Positions 7,996 to 17,517 of a stretch of 40,708 nucleotides of DNA are shown piece after piece; within the stretch, counting starts at the first letter, position 1; every line of letters begins with the position of its first letter. The notes below the pieces were generated by a model. That model saw only the letters and a program-made list of their open reading frames with translations. It was not told the origin of the DNA and searched no databases. The translations under genes and the position numbers were made by a program. Origin of the DNA: Rickettsiales bacterium (GTDB lineage Bacteria; Pseudomonadota; Alphaproteobacteria; Rickettsiales; Deianiraeaceae); assembly GCA_017477855.1 (NCBI GenBank), contig JAFUUN010000062.1, forward strand, positions 1 through 40,708, given 5' to 3'.

Positions 7996-8940
7996 CTATT
8001 TCTGCTTCAAATTATTTTTCAAATCAACCCATTTTTTCCATGCATCGTTAGTTGGCAGAGCTGGCTTGCGAAGTTCTGGTGTAAGCTTAATCTTTTTGTT
8101 TCTTCCATAATTGAAAGAGTGGTTTTCTGTGTAGGCAACTTCCATCCAATCTTTACCGTATGTGCGGTTAAATGCTTCAACCACATTATTTTTGCATACC
8201 AATTCCAATGGGCCAAACTTACATCTTTTGAGTGGATAAATCTCACTAAGATTGACATAATACAACTCTGGAAAAGTTGTTCCGCAGCCAATATATTTGA
8301 AATTGTAATTATAAACTTGCTTTTTGTAATACCTTTTGCATTTCACTAAATTAGGAAACAAGTCAACGGTCACGTTTTCCATTTCCAAAGTTGGTATAAG
8401 TTGTAAGCTGCCATCATCTTTATATCTGCTATAAATAATTCTATCCTCCACTTTATTCAACTTTATTTCCTTCTTAATAGCTGTCGCCATTTTGTCCTCA
8501 TCTTCCAAGACGACCAAGTCAACGTCATCATCCCATGGAATAAATCCGCCATGTCTGATACTCCCCATTTCGGTGCCCCAGTCAATAGCATATTTTATAT
8601 TGTGCTTTGTAAAAACGTAATCCAAAAATGCCAACGCTTCATATACATCGTTCACGGCCCGCTGATCTAGCTTGTCATAAGACATGATGCGGTTTTTTGT
8701 AAACATGTTAATGAGCTCGTGCTTATCCATTTTAAGCAACAACCGAAAATGCTTGTCATAACATGCATTTGCCTTATCTTTGTTGTCAACATGTAACTTT
8801 CCACACAAGTCAATAGAGAACAAAAAATACGCTATCAAATACAACAAGATCCATCCCGGAACAAGCACAACAAACGACAATACCATCGTAAATTTGCCAA
8901 TTCTTTTGCTAATTTTCTTAGCAAAACGCTTGCTTACCAT
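7996..8940 (-). CDS. LicD-family phosphotransferase, N-terminal TM anchor, paralog 2
   Basis: GTEMGSIRHGGFIPWDDDVDLVV (LicD motif), TM segment FTMVLSFVVLVPGWILLYLIAYFLF and C-terminal ALPTNDAWKKWVDLKNNLKQK. The 3' DNA (caacccattttttccatgcatc) is nearly identical to the paralog at 6691-7656. Confidence 0.75.
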   Translation of the reverse strand: MVSKRFAKKISKRIGKFTMVLSFVVLVPGWILLYLIAYFLFSIDLCGKLHVDNKDKANACYDKHFRLLLKMDKHELINMFTKNRIMSYDKLDQRAVNDVYEALAFLDYVFTKHNIKYAIDWGTEMGSIRHGGFIPWDDDVDLVVLEDEDKMATAIKKEIKLNKVEDRIIYSRYKDDGSLQLIPTLEMENVTVDLFPNLVKCKRYYKKQVYNYNFKYIGCGTTFPELYYVNLSEIYPLKRCKFGPLELVCKNNVVEAFNRTYGKDWMEVAYTENHSFNYGRNKKIKLTPELRKPALPTNDAWKKWVDLKNNLKQK

Positions 8941-8941
8941 A

Positions 8942-11005
8942 TTACTTCTTCATCTTCTCAGCGACCGCGTCTGGAACGATGTCATAATGGTCAAACTGCA
9001 TGGTGTATTGTGCGCGCCCTTGTGACATTGAACGCAACGTGTTGACATAACCAAACATGTTTGCAAGCGGCACCATGGCGTCAATCACCTGAGCATTTCC
9101 GCGAGCATTCATTCCCGCAATCTGTCCACGGCGACTGTTGATGTCTCCAATCACATCGCCCATATATTCCTCCGGCGTGATGACCTCAACCTTCATGATT
9201 GGCTCCAACAATTTTGGATTGCCCTTCTCCTTCAATTCACGGAAGGCATAACGAGCAGCCAATTCAAAGGCCAGCGCCGATGAGTCAACTTCGTGATATT
9301 GTCCGTCCACCAATGTAGCTTTGAAGTCAATCACTGGATAGCCAAAACCAAGTCCATCCTTCTGCGCATATTCCAATCCTTTCATGACACCTGGAATATA
9401 CTCCTTTGGAACGGCACCACCGACAATTTTGCTCTCAAATTGGTAGCCAGCACCTCTTTCCAGTGGCTCAAAGTCAATAACCACGCGTGCGAACTGTCCT
9501 GAACCACCGCTCTGCTTTTTGTGGAAGTAGTCAATCTGCACGGCCTTGCCAAGACACTCACGGTAGGCCACTTGCGGAGCTCCAACATTCACGCCAACGT
9601 TGAACTCCCTCTTCATTCTGTCAACAATAATTTCAAGGTGCAACTCACCCATTCCCTTCAAGATTGTCTGGCCTGTCTCCTCAATGGTTTCAACCTGCAA
9701 CGAAGGGTCTTCTGCAACCAATCTGCTGATTGCAATACCCATTTTCTCTTGGTCGGCCTGCGTTTTTGGCTCAACCGCAATTTGTATAACTGGGTCTGGG
9801 AACTCCATTTTTTCCAATACGATTGGCTTTTCAATTGCGCAAAGTGTATCACCTGTTGTCGTGTTTTTCAGTCCAGCCAGTGCAACGATGTCTCCTGCCT
9901 TTGCGACCTTGATGTCCTCTCTATTGTTAGAGTGCATCAACAGCATACGGCCAATTCTCTCTTTGGAACCTTTAATACTATTCAAAACCGCGGTGCCGGC
10001 CTCCAACTTACCTGAATAAATACGCAAGAATGTGATTGAACCAACAAATGGGTCATTGGCAATTTTAAACGCCAAACCTGCGAATGGCTCGTTTTCATTA
10101 GGGTGTCTGACCTCCTCCTCGTCTGTGTTAGGGTTTGTCCCCTTAATACTTTCAATGTCAAGTGGTGATGGAAGATAATCCACGACCGCGTCAAGCAGCA
10201 ACTGCACACCCTTGTTTTTAAACGCCGAACCGCACAACACTGGCACAAATTTGAACGCAATAGTTCCCTTGCGGATGCACTTTTTTATCTCCTCATTTGA
10301 GATGGTCTCCCCCCCCAAATATTTCTCCATCAAGTCATCGTCCATTTCCACGGCCGTCTCAATCATCGTGGTTCTGTATGCCTCGGCCTTTTCCTTATAT
10401 TCCGCTGGAATTTCCTCATATCTTGGATCAATTCCGCTCGCGCCCGCATCAAAATACACGGCCTTCATTGACATCAAATCAATCACGCCGGTGAATGTCT
10501 CCCCAGAGCCGATTGGCAAAATGATTGGCAGTGGTTTAGCCCCCAAGCGATCAACTATCATGTCAACGCAGCGGTAGAAATTTGCGCCAGTTCTGTCCAT
10601 TTTGTTGCAGAAACAAATACGTGGCACATTATATTTATCTGCCTGACGCCACACTGTCTCACTTTGTGGTTCAACTCCTGCGACACCGTCAAACACCGTC
10701 ACGGCACCGTCAAGCACACGCAGCGAACGCTCAACTTCAACCGTAAAGTCCACGTGTCCCGGCGTATCAATCAGGTTAATTCTGTGGTTTTTCCAGAAGC
10801 AAGTCGTGGCCGCGGACGTAATGGTAATACCGCGCTCCTGCTCTTGTTCCATCCAGTCCATAGTGGCTGCGCCATCATGCACCTCCCCTATTTTGTGGGT
10901 CTTTCCTGTGTAGAACAAAATTCTCTCACTTGTTGTGGTTTTTCCAGCGTCAATGTGCGCCATGATACCGATATTACGATATTTATCCAATGTATATTCA
11001 GCCAT
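8942..11005 (-). CDS. fusA: Elongation factor G
   Basis: [72 protein letters not shown] and NKMDR. The full 687 aa has the five-domain EF-G layout. Confidence 0.95.
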   Translation of the reverse strand: MAEYTLDKYRNIGIMAHIDAGKTTTSERILFYTGKTHKIGEVHDGAATMDWMEQEQERGITITSAATTCFWKNHRINLIDTPGHVDFTVEVERSLRVLDGAVTVFDGVAGVEPQSETVWRQADKYNVPRICFCNKMDRTGANFYRCVDMIVDRLGAKPLPIILPIGSGETFTGVIDLMSMKAVYFDAGASGIDPRYEEIPAEYKEKAEAYRTTMIETAVEMDDDLMEKYLGGETISNEEIKKCIRKGTIAFKFVPVLCGSAFKNKGVQLLLDAVVDYLPSPLDIESIKGTNPNTDEEEVRHPNENEPFAGLAFKIANDPFVGSITFLRIYSGKLEAGTAVLNSIKGSKERIGRMLLMHSNNREDIKVAKAGDIVALAGLKNTTTGDTLCAIEKPIVLEKMEFPDPVIQIAVEPKTQADQEKMGIAISRLVAEDPSLQVETIEETGQTILKGMGELHLEIIVDRMKREFNVGVNVGAPQVAYRECLGKAVQIDYFHKKQSGGSGQFARVVIDFEPLERGAGYQFESKIVGGAVPKEYIPGVMKGLEYAQKDGLGFGYPVIDFKATLVDGQYHEVDSSALAFELAARYAFRELKEKGNPKLLEPIMKVEVITPEEYMGDVIGDINSRRGQIAGMNARGNAQVIDAMVPLANMFGYVNTLRSMSQGRAQYTMQFDHYDIVPDAVAEKMKK

Positions 11006-11013
11006 ACCTAAAA

Positions 11014-12714
11014 CTACTTATTTTCATTGTTTTTGAACTCGTCCAGCGCCACTCCCAAGACATCTGCCAGCGATGCACCAGTGTTGTCTGAGCCATACTT
11101 TTCAAGTATCTTCTTGTATTCCTCTTCCTCAAAATCTTTGATTGACAGGACAAGCTTTTTGGCGTTCAAATCAAATGCGATAATCTTTGCATCAACCTTG
11201 TTGCCGACTGTGAAACGGTCCAATCTTTGATCCAATTTTTCCCTTGACAGATTTGCCTTTTTGATTGATGAATAGACACCTGGAACAACTTCAACTTCCA
11301 TACGGTCCGCTTTCAAACCAACAACTGTGCAGGTTACATTATTACCAACCACGAACAGGTCTTTGTGTGCCTCAAATGGGTTCTCTGTGAGCTGCTTTAT
11401 TCCAAATGCAATCTTTGTGAATTTGTCATCTATTGACAAGTAGACAACCTTGACTTTGTCACCAACTTTATATCTTGAAAGAGCATCAACATCGGCCAAC
11501 CATGCAAGGTTTTCCAAGCTGACAAGCCCTTCAACCTCTCCAACTGCAACGAAGAAACCGTAATCCACAACTTTGACGATCTCTCCATCAAACTGCTCGC
11601 CCTCTTTGTGAGCCTCTGCAAATTCTTTCCATGGGTTTCTCAACAAGCGGCGGACTGACAACGAAACTCTCTGTTTGTCACCATCAATCTCCATAACCAT
11701 GGCCTCAATTTCATCGCCTTCCTTGTATTCCTTCAACTTCTCACTTCCGCCACTGCCCCACACGAGCTCGCTGACGTGCACCATTCCCTCAACTCCTTTG
11801 GCAACTTCAACGAACAAACCGTAGTTCGTAATTGTTGTGATTTTTCCTTTGATTGCCTTGCCGACTTCAACGTCTTTGACAAGTTTCAGCCATGCATTTT
11901 CAGTCAAGTGCTTCATGCTGACTGCAATTTTGTTGTTAGCTTTGTCAAGCTTTATAACTTTGGCTTTGACCTCTTCTCCAACCGACAAAACCTCTGATGG
12001 GTGACCGATTTTTGACCATGAAATATCTGCAATGTGGAGCAATGCGTCAACACCAAATCCGAGGTCAATGAAGACACCGTAATCAGTAATGTTGCGGACT
12101 TTTCCTTCCACTGTCATGCCCTCGTGAGCCGTTGCATAGAAGCTCTCCCTTGCATCTTTATATGTGTCGTCAATCACTGCTTTACGTGATACGATTGCAT
12201 TTTTGTCATCAAAACCGATAACCTTAAAACTGCACTTTTTACCTACTAAATAGCTGATGTCTGTGACATTTCCTTCGTCAATTTGGCTACCTGGCAAGAA
12301 GGCAATAAAGCCATCAAAGTCAACTGAAAGTCCTCCTTTGACTTTTGCAAATGGAATACCTTCAATGGACTCTCCGCTGGCATAAGCAGCTTTCAATCTG
12401 GCCTTGCTCTCTTCTTTTATAGCGTTCTCGCGGCTCAACAAAAAGTTTCCATTGTGGCCATCAACTGACATTACATATACCTTGACAGTGTCGCCAACCT
12501 GTAAATTCTGCTCATCATCTTTCTTGAAGAACTCTTTTATAGGAATTATTCCATCGCTTTTGAGACCTGCATCTACAATCACAATCCCCTTTTTACGATC
12601 AATAGAAACTACTTTTCCATCAACAACACTACCGACTGCACCAATATTACTGTGTGCAAAGCTATCAAAATATGCATAAACCAAGTCGGTTTTTCTTACG
12701 TTCAATTCAGACAT
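11014..12714 (-). CDS. rpsA: 30S ribosomal protein S1
   Basis: 566 aa with six S1-type OB repeats (e.g. [68 protein letters not shown]). It sits 8 nt upstream of fusA. Confidence 0.92.
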   Translation of the reverse strand: MSELNVRKTDLVYAYFDSFAHSNIGAVGSVVDGKVVSIDRKKGIVIVDAGLKSDGIIPIKEFFKKDDEQNLQVGDTVKVYVMSVDGHNGNFLLSRENAIKEESKARLKAAYASGESIEGIPFAKVKGGLSVDFDGFIAFLPGSQIDEGNVTDISYLVGKKCSFKVIGFDDKNAIVSRKAVIDDTYKDARESFYATAHEGMTVEGKVRNITDYGVFIDLGFGVDALLHIADISWSKIGHPSEVLSVGEEVKAKVIKLDKANNKIAVSMKHLTENAWLKLVKDVEVGKAIKGKITTITNYGLFVEVAKGVEGMVHVSELVWGSGGSEKLKEYKEGDEIEAMVMEIDGDKQRVSLSVRRLLRNPWKEFAEAHKEGEQFDGEIVKVVDYGFFVAVGEVEGLVSLENLAWLADVDALSRYKVGDKVKVVYLSIDDKFTKIAFGIKQLTENPFEAHKDLFVVGNNVTCTVVGLKADRMEVEVVPGVYSSIKKANLSREKLDQRLDRFTVGNKVDAKIIAFDLNAKKLVLSIKDFEEEEYKKILEKYGSDNTGASLADVLGVALDEFKNNENK

Positions 12715-13020
12715 CTAAATTTTTTAAAAACGCAGCTCTTTTCTATGCACTTTTTTTATTGTCAAGGGAACAATCACTACGATGATAATGAATATATCTA
12801 TTTTTATTTTGCCAAATCTTATCTAAGCAGAAATGGCTGTAACTTAAAATTTCTTAGTCAGAGAGTTTGGTTTCTTTATTATTAATATTCTCAATTATTG
12901 TTCTTGTTATGCGGATTATTATGCAAAATGTGAAATCACGTTCTTTTGGGAAATAAATATGTTATTACCGGTAAAAATATGAAAGGTTGACAATAATTTT
13001 ATCACTCTTTCAATCAACCG

Positions 13021-14217
13021 ATGACTTCACAATCTCATCTTGTATTGGCACGGAAATACAGACCCAAGATATTGTCTGAATTGGTCGGCCAGAATGTGTT
13101 TGTCAAGACAATTTCAAATGCAATAACCACGAATAAAATTCACCATGCATTTCTGTTGACGGGCACACGCGGGGTTGGAAAAACATCTTCGGCACGCATA
13201 TTGGCATTGAGTTTGAACTGTAAAAAAGCAGATAGACCAACATTAACACCATGCTTAGAATGTGATTGTTGCAGAGAAATTTTGAACGGCAGTAACCCAG
13301 ACGTGATTGAATTTGATGCTGCAAGTAATACGGGAAAAAGCGAAATTCATGACAATGTGATTGATAAAGTGAACTATGCACCAATCATGTCAAGGTATAA
13401 AATCTATATCATTGATGAGGTTCATATGTTATCAAAGGCTGCATTCAATGCGCTGTTGAAGACGCTTGAAGAGCCACCAGAAAGAGTGAAATTTATCTTT
13501 GCAACAACAGAAGTCAGAAAAGTGCCAATCACGATTTTGTCAAGGTGTCAGAAGTTTTACCTGAAAAATATACCTGAAGATGTCATTTTTAACCACTTGA
13601 AAAGCGTATGCGACAAGGAGGCAGTAATATACGATGATGACAGTTTAAAGCTGGTGGCCAAATATGCAAATGGCTCAATGAGGGATGGACTTTCACTACT
13701 GGATCAGGCAATTAGTATTACCAATTCAAATTTGGAAATTAGCACGGTCAGTGCAATGTTGTCAATTCCAAGCAGAGAGCTTATTGCAAGGATGTTTAAA
13801 TACTGCTACATTGGAGATATCAAGCAGGCAATGGAGGTGGCAGACGAGTTTATTTCAGGTGACATTGAAAGCACTTCGGTAGTAAATGAGCTGATGGAAG
13901 TCATCTTGGATGGACTGAAAATAGCAAGCGGAGTTATCACAAAGGATGAAATGTGTCATGAATTTGCAAATGTGCTCGGCGAGCAAATGGATGCAGATAA
14001 CTTGAATATTCCTCGTCTATTGCGCATGTGGCAGATTTTGTCGGCATCCTTACAGGAAATGAAAATAATCCAAGCCAAGCAGTATTTTACGGCGCTGATT
14101 TATAAATTGTGTTATTCTTCAACACTTCCAACGCCAGTTGAGAGTTTAAAACTTATCAAAGATGAGCTTTTACAGGAGACATTGAAGCAGTTTCCGGATG
14201 GTAAAATATTAAAATAA
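13021..14217 (+). CDS. dnaX: DNA polymerase III subunit gamma/tau, short 398-aa form (domains I-III only)
   Basis: LARKYRPKILSELVGQ, HAFLLTGTRGVGKTSSARILA (Walker A), Zn module CLECDCCREI, IYIIDEVHMLS (Walker B), FIFATTE and SRCQKF (sensor). It ends at TAA 14215-14217, and the palindromic element starts 3 nt later. Confidence 0.9.
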   Translation: MTSQSHLVLARKYRPKILSELVGQNVFVKTISNAITTNKIHHAFLLTGTRGVGKTSSARILALSLNCKKADRPTLTPCLECDCCREILNGSNPDVIEFDAASNTGKSEIHDNVIDKVNYAPIMSRYKIYIIDEVHMLSKAAFNALLKTLEEPPERVKFIFATTEVRKVPITILSRCQKFYLKNIPEDVIFNHLKSVCDKEAVIYDDDSLKLVAKYANGSMRDGLSLLDQAISITNSNLEISTVSAMLSIPSRELIARMFKYCYIGDIKQAMEVADEFISGDIESTSVVNELMEVILDGLKIASGVITKDEMCHEFANVLGEQMDADNLNIPRLLRMWQILSASLQEMKIIQAKQYFTALIYKLCYSSTLPTPVESLKLIKDELLQETLKQFPDGKILK

Positions 14218-14219
14218 AG

Positions 14220-14304
14220 TTGTTGCGCCGCCCGAGGCCATGCCCTCGCCGTTTGGCTGCGCCTCGTTCCTCGGCGGCCAAACGCGCTCCGCGCCGCACA
14301 ACAA
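14220..14304 (+). repeat. GC-rich palindromic intergenic element, short-core type
   Basis: TTGTTGCGCCGCCCGAGGCCATGCCCTCGCCGTTTGGCTGCGCCTCGTTCCTCGGCGGCCAAACGCGCTCCGCGCCGCACAACAA. It fills almost the whole gap between the convergent stops of dnaX (14217) and the DMT transporter (14308). Confidence 0.9.
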
Positions 14305-14307
14305 CGA

Positions 14308-15189
14308 TTACTTCTTCTCAACAGCTTTCTTTTTCTTGCAGAGAATAATCAGTCCATAACCACCGACAATGATAAGTCCGCCGATAATTTGGTTACTCAT
14401 GACTGCTTCGCCCAAGATAATTGACGACAGACACATTGAGAACAAAAGACGCGAAAAGTCAAGTGGTTGCAACGTGAGCGCATTGCAGTATTTATAGGCC
14501 TTGTAGACCATGTAGACCTCTGTAAAGAAGAGCAGTGATACGAGTATCATAATTGATAATGCGCCCAATGGAACTGGTTTGAATTGCCAGAAGAATAGTG
14601 CAGAAACGCCAAGCATGATGATATTTGTGTAAAACATCATTGTCATGGTGTTAAATTTGCCAGCCAGACGCTTGTTGAGGATGACAATGTATCCGCGCAT
14701 GATTACGCAAAGCAACAGTGCCCCGTATCCAATTGCAGATGTCTTACTAAATCCTGGTTGTTTGATTACGCACACGCCGACAATGGCTAAAACGAGCGCT
14801 ACGAATATTGATTTTGAACCTTTTTCACCTAACAATTTCACGGCCAAAACGCTGCCGATGATTGGTGCGATAAAAGTGATTGCAGTTGCGTCATTCATCG
14901 GCACGCGCGCCATTCCAGTGTATAGCAAAAAAGTTGAAAATGCGAAGATAACATTTCTGATAAAGTTTGGCTTAAATGCCTGCTTATCAAAAAAGTTGAA
15001 CTTTGCTTTTATCATGAATGGCACGAGGCAAGCGACAATAATAGCTTGGCGCAAGAACAAAACCTCCCATGTTGGTAGACCATAGTTATTGATTACGCGC
15101 TTGACACAGATGTTAAGCAGCACAATTAAAAACATTGCACCTGTGTAAATTAGCACCCCGAGTGCACTTTTTGACAACTTCAACTTCAT
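14308..15189 (-). CDS. EamA/DMT-superfamily membrane transporter (about 10 TM segments)
   Basis: 293 aa, almost entirely hydrophobic helices in two similar halves, which is the typical EamA duplication. The substrate cannot be read from the sequence. Confidence 0.65.
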   Translation of the reverse strand: MKLKLSKSALGVLIYTGAMFLIVLLNICVKRVINNYGLPTWEVLFLRQAIIVACLVPFMIKAKFNFFDKQAFKPNFIRNVIFAFSTFLLYTGMARVPMNDATAITFIAPIIGSVLAVKLLGEKGSKSIFVALVLAIVGVCVIKQPGFSKTSAIGYGALLLCVIMRGYIVILNKRLAGKFNTMTMMFYTNIIMLGVSALFFWQFKPVPLGALSIMILVSLLFFTEVYMVYKAYKYCNALTLQPLDFSRLLFSMCLSSIILGEAVMSNQIIGGLIIVGGYGLIILCKKKKAVEKK

Positions 15190-15192
15190 ATA

Positions 15193-16065
15193 TTAACCCT
15201 TTTTAATTCCACTCAAAAAGCTGTTGTCCTTTGTGCTAATTATAATTTTTTGATTTGGCAGAGTGTTTTTGTAGACCTGCATGGTGCGGTAAAAGCCATA
15301 AAACTCTTTATCTTTTGAAAACGCCGACGAGTGAATTCTTATTGCCTCTGCTTCGGCCTTACCAATGATTTTACTGGCCTCCATCTGTGCCTTTGACTTA
15401 ATTTCCAGTGCCTCTTTGTCAGCCTCAGCCATGACGATTGTTGCCTCTTCTTTACCCTGTGAACGCAACTCCTGAGCCTCTTTCTCACGCTCTGTCTTCA
15501 TCCTCTTAAATATGGCCTCACTATTTTCAACAGGAAGATCTGCGCGAATAATCCTAACATCAATAATTTCAATACCAAACTCCTTGGTTTGCTCAGCCAA
15601 AAGCTTCTGTATGTCATCCATCATTTGCGCGCGCTGCGTTGTCAGGAACGATGACAGCGGATTTGTCGCCACAACCTGCCGCATGATACTGTCAAGCATG
15701 GACGAGACACGCATGTTAGCGCCTTGCTCGTTCTTCAAGTTCTCGTAAAATGCCTTCGTGTTTGTGATTTTATACTTCGCATATGCATCCACAATCAGAC
15801 GCTTTTGGTCGCTGGCGATGATTTCCTTTGCCGGGGAATAAACCTGCAAAATGCGTTTGTCAAAAGATGCAATGTTGTCAAGCAGCGGTGTCCGAAAATA
15901 GAGGCCTGCTTTGTCAATTTGGCGAACAACTTTTCCAAAGCGCACGACAAAAATTGTCTCCGTCTCGCGCACCACGAAGATGCTAAACATGCAGACAATC
16001 AGCGCAAACGCAATGCAAATGAACTGTGGCTTCACCTTAAAGCTTTGAAAAGTGTCGTCTTTCAT
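15193..16065 (-). CDS. hflC: SPFH/band-7 protein, HflC (FtsH protease modulator)
   Basis: N-terminal TM segment, then FVVRETETIFVVRFGKVV..AGLYFRTPLLD. IEIIDVRIIRADLPVENSEAIFKRMKTEREKEAQELRSQGKEEA and AFSKDKEFYGFYRTMQVY parallel E. coli HflC (IEVVDVRIKQINLP..AIYNRMRAEREA..; AFSKDPDFYAFIRSLRAY). No hflK lies upstream. Confidence 0.8.
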   Translation of the reverse strand: MKDDTFQSFKVKPQFICIAFALIVCMFSIFVVRETETIFVVRFGKVVRQIDKAGLYFRTPLLDNIASFDKRILQVYSPAKEIIASDQKRLIVDAYAKYKITNTKAFYENLKNEQGANMRVSSMLDSIMRQVVATNPLSSFLTTQRAQMMDDIQKLLAEQTKEFGIEIIDVRIIRADLPVENSEAIFKRMKTEREKEAQELRSQGKEEATIVMAEADKEALEIKSKAQMEASKIIGKAEAEAIRIHSSAFSKDKEFYGFYRTMQVYKNTLPNQKIIISTKDNSFLSGIKKG

Positions 16066-16110
16066 AATTCGGCCGATTGATTGATTGTTTTAATAAAAGT
16101 CAAGGTTAAT

Positions 16111-16245
16111 CTGCGCGGCGCAGGCTGTGAATTGTGAACGGCAGGATAGACGGCAGCGGCCGCGCATGCCAAAGGCCCCGCACGTCCAGTGATGCAAAGT
16201 GCTTTTCGTGCGAAGGGGCTTTGGCGACAGATCTAGCTTTTTTTT
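16111..16245. other. GC-rich structured segment of unknown nature: candidate small RNA, 5' leader, or degenerate palindromic element
   Basis: A 13-nt palindrome CTGCGCgGCGCAG (16111-16123) and a NotI-like GCGGCCGC are present. A long imperfect hairpin GCCAAAGGCCCCGCACG (16168-16184) / CGTGCGAAGGGGCTTTGGC (16207-16225) carries a 22-nt loop. A T8 run follows at 16238-16245. No ORF. It lies between the hflC start and the next palindromic element. Confidence 0.3.
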
Positions 16246-16273
16246 AAATTTTTGGCAATTATAAAACATTGGC

Positions 16274-16383
16274 GTTGCGCTGGGCGGAGCGAGTTTTTAC
16301 TCCGAGCGGAGCCCGAGCGCAGCGAGGTCGGATTGAGCGAGGAGATTAAAAACCGCGAGGGCGTGGCCTCGGGCGGCGCAACC
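16274..16383 (-). repeat. GC-rich palindromic intergenic element, long-core type, inverted orientation
   Basis: The reverse complement reads GTTGCGCCGCCCGAGGCCACGCCCTCGCGGTTTTTAATCTCCTCGCTCAATCCGACCTCGCTGCGCTCGGGCTCCGCTCGGAGTAAAAACTCGCTCCGCCCAGCGCAAC. Confidence 0.9.
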
Positions 16384-16413
16384 ACAAAATAATCACATAT
16401 GCTTCAAACTATT

Positions 16414-17100
16414 TCAGAATTGTACCCCAACTTTTACCTCAAGCTGACGTGTGCTGAGTTTTACATTTGAATATTTTGTTTTGCCAAATGCTTGAACTGC
16501 TTTCAATTCAAGTCCAGCAACAATAGCAAGTTTTTTATTAAGATCAAATATTACATCAATACCACCACCATAATTGAATGCACTAACAAATTCCATCTTT
16601 GTTTTAAAATAACCATTATAACCATTACCGCCAAGACCTGGATTACTTCCATAATTTTCTCGTCCGAGTAAAACATAACCAAATTTACCATATGGTTGTA
16701 ATGAAATGTTATCGTTTAAAACATTGTTAATTTTTGTACCAAGTTTCAAATCAAGAGAGAAATAGTTAAACTGTTTTGTATGAGCACGCGATCTATTCAT
16801 CATCGGTATTCTTCCAGTCAATTCAATACCAACAAATGGATGCAATAACTCTGTTGCTTTATAGTAGACATCATATTCAGCACTCAGACCTAAGTTAGTG
16901 AGATAATACGAAGAACCATTCATAATTCCTTCTCTATCGGCTTCTCCTTTTACATCACCACGCGTTTCTTCAACCGAATAACCAAGTTTAATACTTGTTT
17001 TTCCATAGATGTTGTCAGTAAAATCATATGCAAAAACATTTTCACTCATGCTTGCACTTGCAGTAGCAAAAATACCAGCAATTAATATAATCTTTTTCAT
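16414..17100 (-). CDS. Outer-membrane beta-barrel protein (porin/Opa-like family), paralog A
   Basis: Signal peptide MKKIILIAGIFATASASMSENVFA (start trimmed from the track start at 17118 to Met7), alternating amphipathic beta strands and a C-terminal aromatic residue (..KVGVQF). It shares the blocks LHPFVGIELTGRIPM and LQPYGKFGY with the ORF at 27291-28088. Confidence 0.7.
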   Translation of the reverse strand: MKKIILIAGIFATASASMSENVFAYDFTDNIYGKTSIKLGYSVEETRGDVKGEADREGIMNGSSYYLTNLGLSAEYDVYYKATELLHPFVGIELTGRIPMMNRSRAHTKQFNYFSLDLKLGTKINNVLNDNISLQPYGKFGYVLLGRENYGSNPGLGGNGYNGYFKTKMEFVSAFNYGGGIDVIFDLNKKLAIVAGLELKAVQAFGKTKYSNVKLSTRQLEVKVGVQF

Positions 17101-17420
17101 AAAAAAATAAAAAAACATAATAGAACTAACATGGCAACCATTAAAATATGTGAAATCAAAAAAAACGAAATGAATGGAACACTACTCCAATACGTTATTG
17201 TCTTAGATATAGCAACATCCACCATTGCTATATCTTATAGCCACTGCCAAAGATTTTTGTTGATATTTTTTGCTAAAACAAGATTTATGTCCTCTGCTGA
17301 ACAAATACATGAATTTAGTTCCTCAAAATTAGACATGAACGCATTATTAATTAACATAATTTTTTATTGTCAATGAAAATGTTATAAAAAACTCTCTGCT
17401 AAAAACAAGCCATCAATTTA

Positions 17421-17508
17421 TTGTTGCGCCGCCCGAGGCCACGCCCTCGCGGTTTGTATTTCGCTCCTCGCGTTGCTCCTCGCACAAACGCGCTCCGCGC
17501 CGCGCAAC
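17421..17508 (+). repeat. GC-rich palindromic intergenic element, GTTTGT-core type
   Basis: TTGTTGCGCCGCCCGAGGCCACGCCCTCGCGGTTTGTATTTCGCTCCTCGCGTTGCTCCTCGCACAAACGCGCTCCGCGCCGCGCAAC. It ends 10 nt before the thrS stop. Confidence 0.9.
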
Positions 17509-17517
17509 ATATTTTTA

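Noticed and set aside
9293-10577. Antisense and alternative-frame ORFs inside long genes: fusA (e.g. 9521-10015, 9600-10019, 10212-10577), dnaK (36542-37075), thrS, rpsA, the Q/N-rich gene (23499-23930, 23643-24215) and others
   Set aside because: Each is fully nested in a gene with unambiguous homology on the other strand or frame. Their translations are low-complexity or hydrophobic noise with no motifs.
12987-13015. TTGACA hexamer upstream of dnaX as a promoter
   Set aside because: No acceptable -10 hexamer lies at 16-18 nt spacing (tcaatc), and the ATG would follow immediately. The evidence is too weak to call.
16111-16245. SRP (4.5S) RNA, tmRNA or another known housekeeping RNA in the GC-rich segment upstream of hflC
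   Set aside because: I could not find the helix-8 SRP signature (GGAA tetraloop flanked by AGG / AGCA loops), a tRNA-like T-loop (GGTTCGAATCC) or an RNase P-like motif on either strand. It is kept only as an unclassified structured element.
17131-17376. 81-aa + strand ORF in the spacer between the OMP gene and the palindromic element
   Set aside because: It has no motif, an AT-rich composition typical of the local intergenic DNA, and lies in the probable promoter region of the divergently oriented OMP gene.
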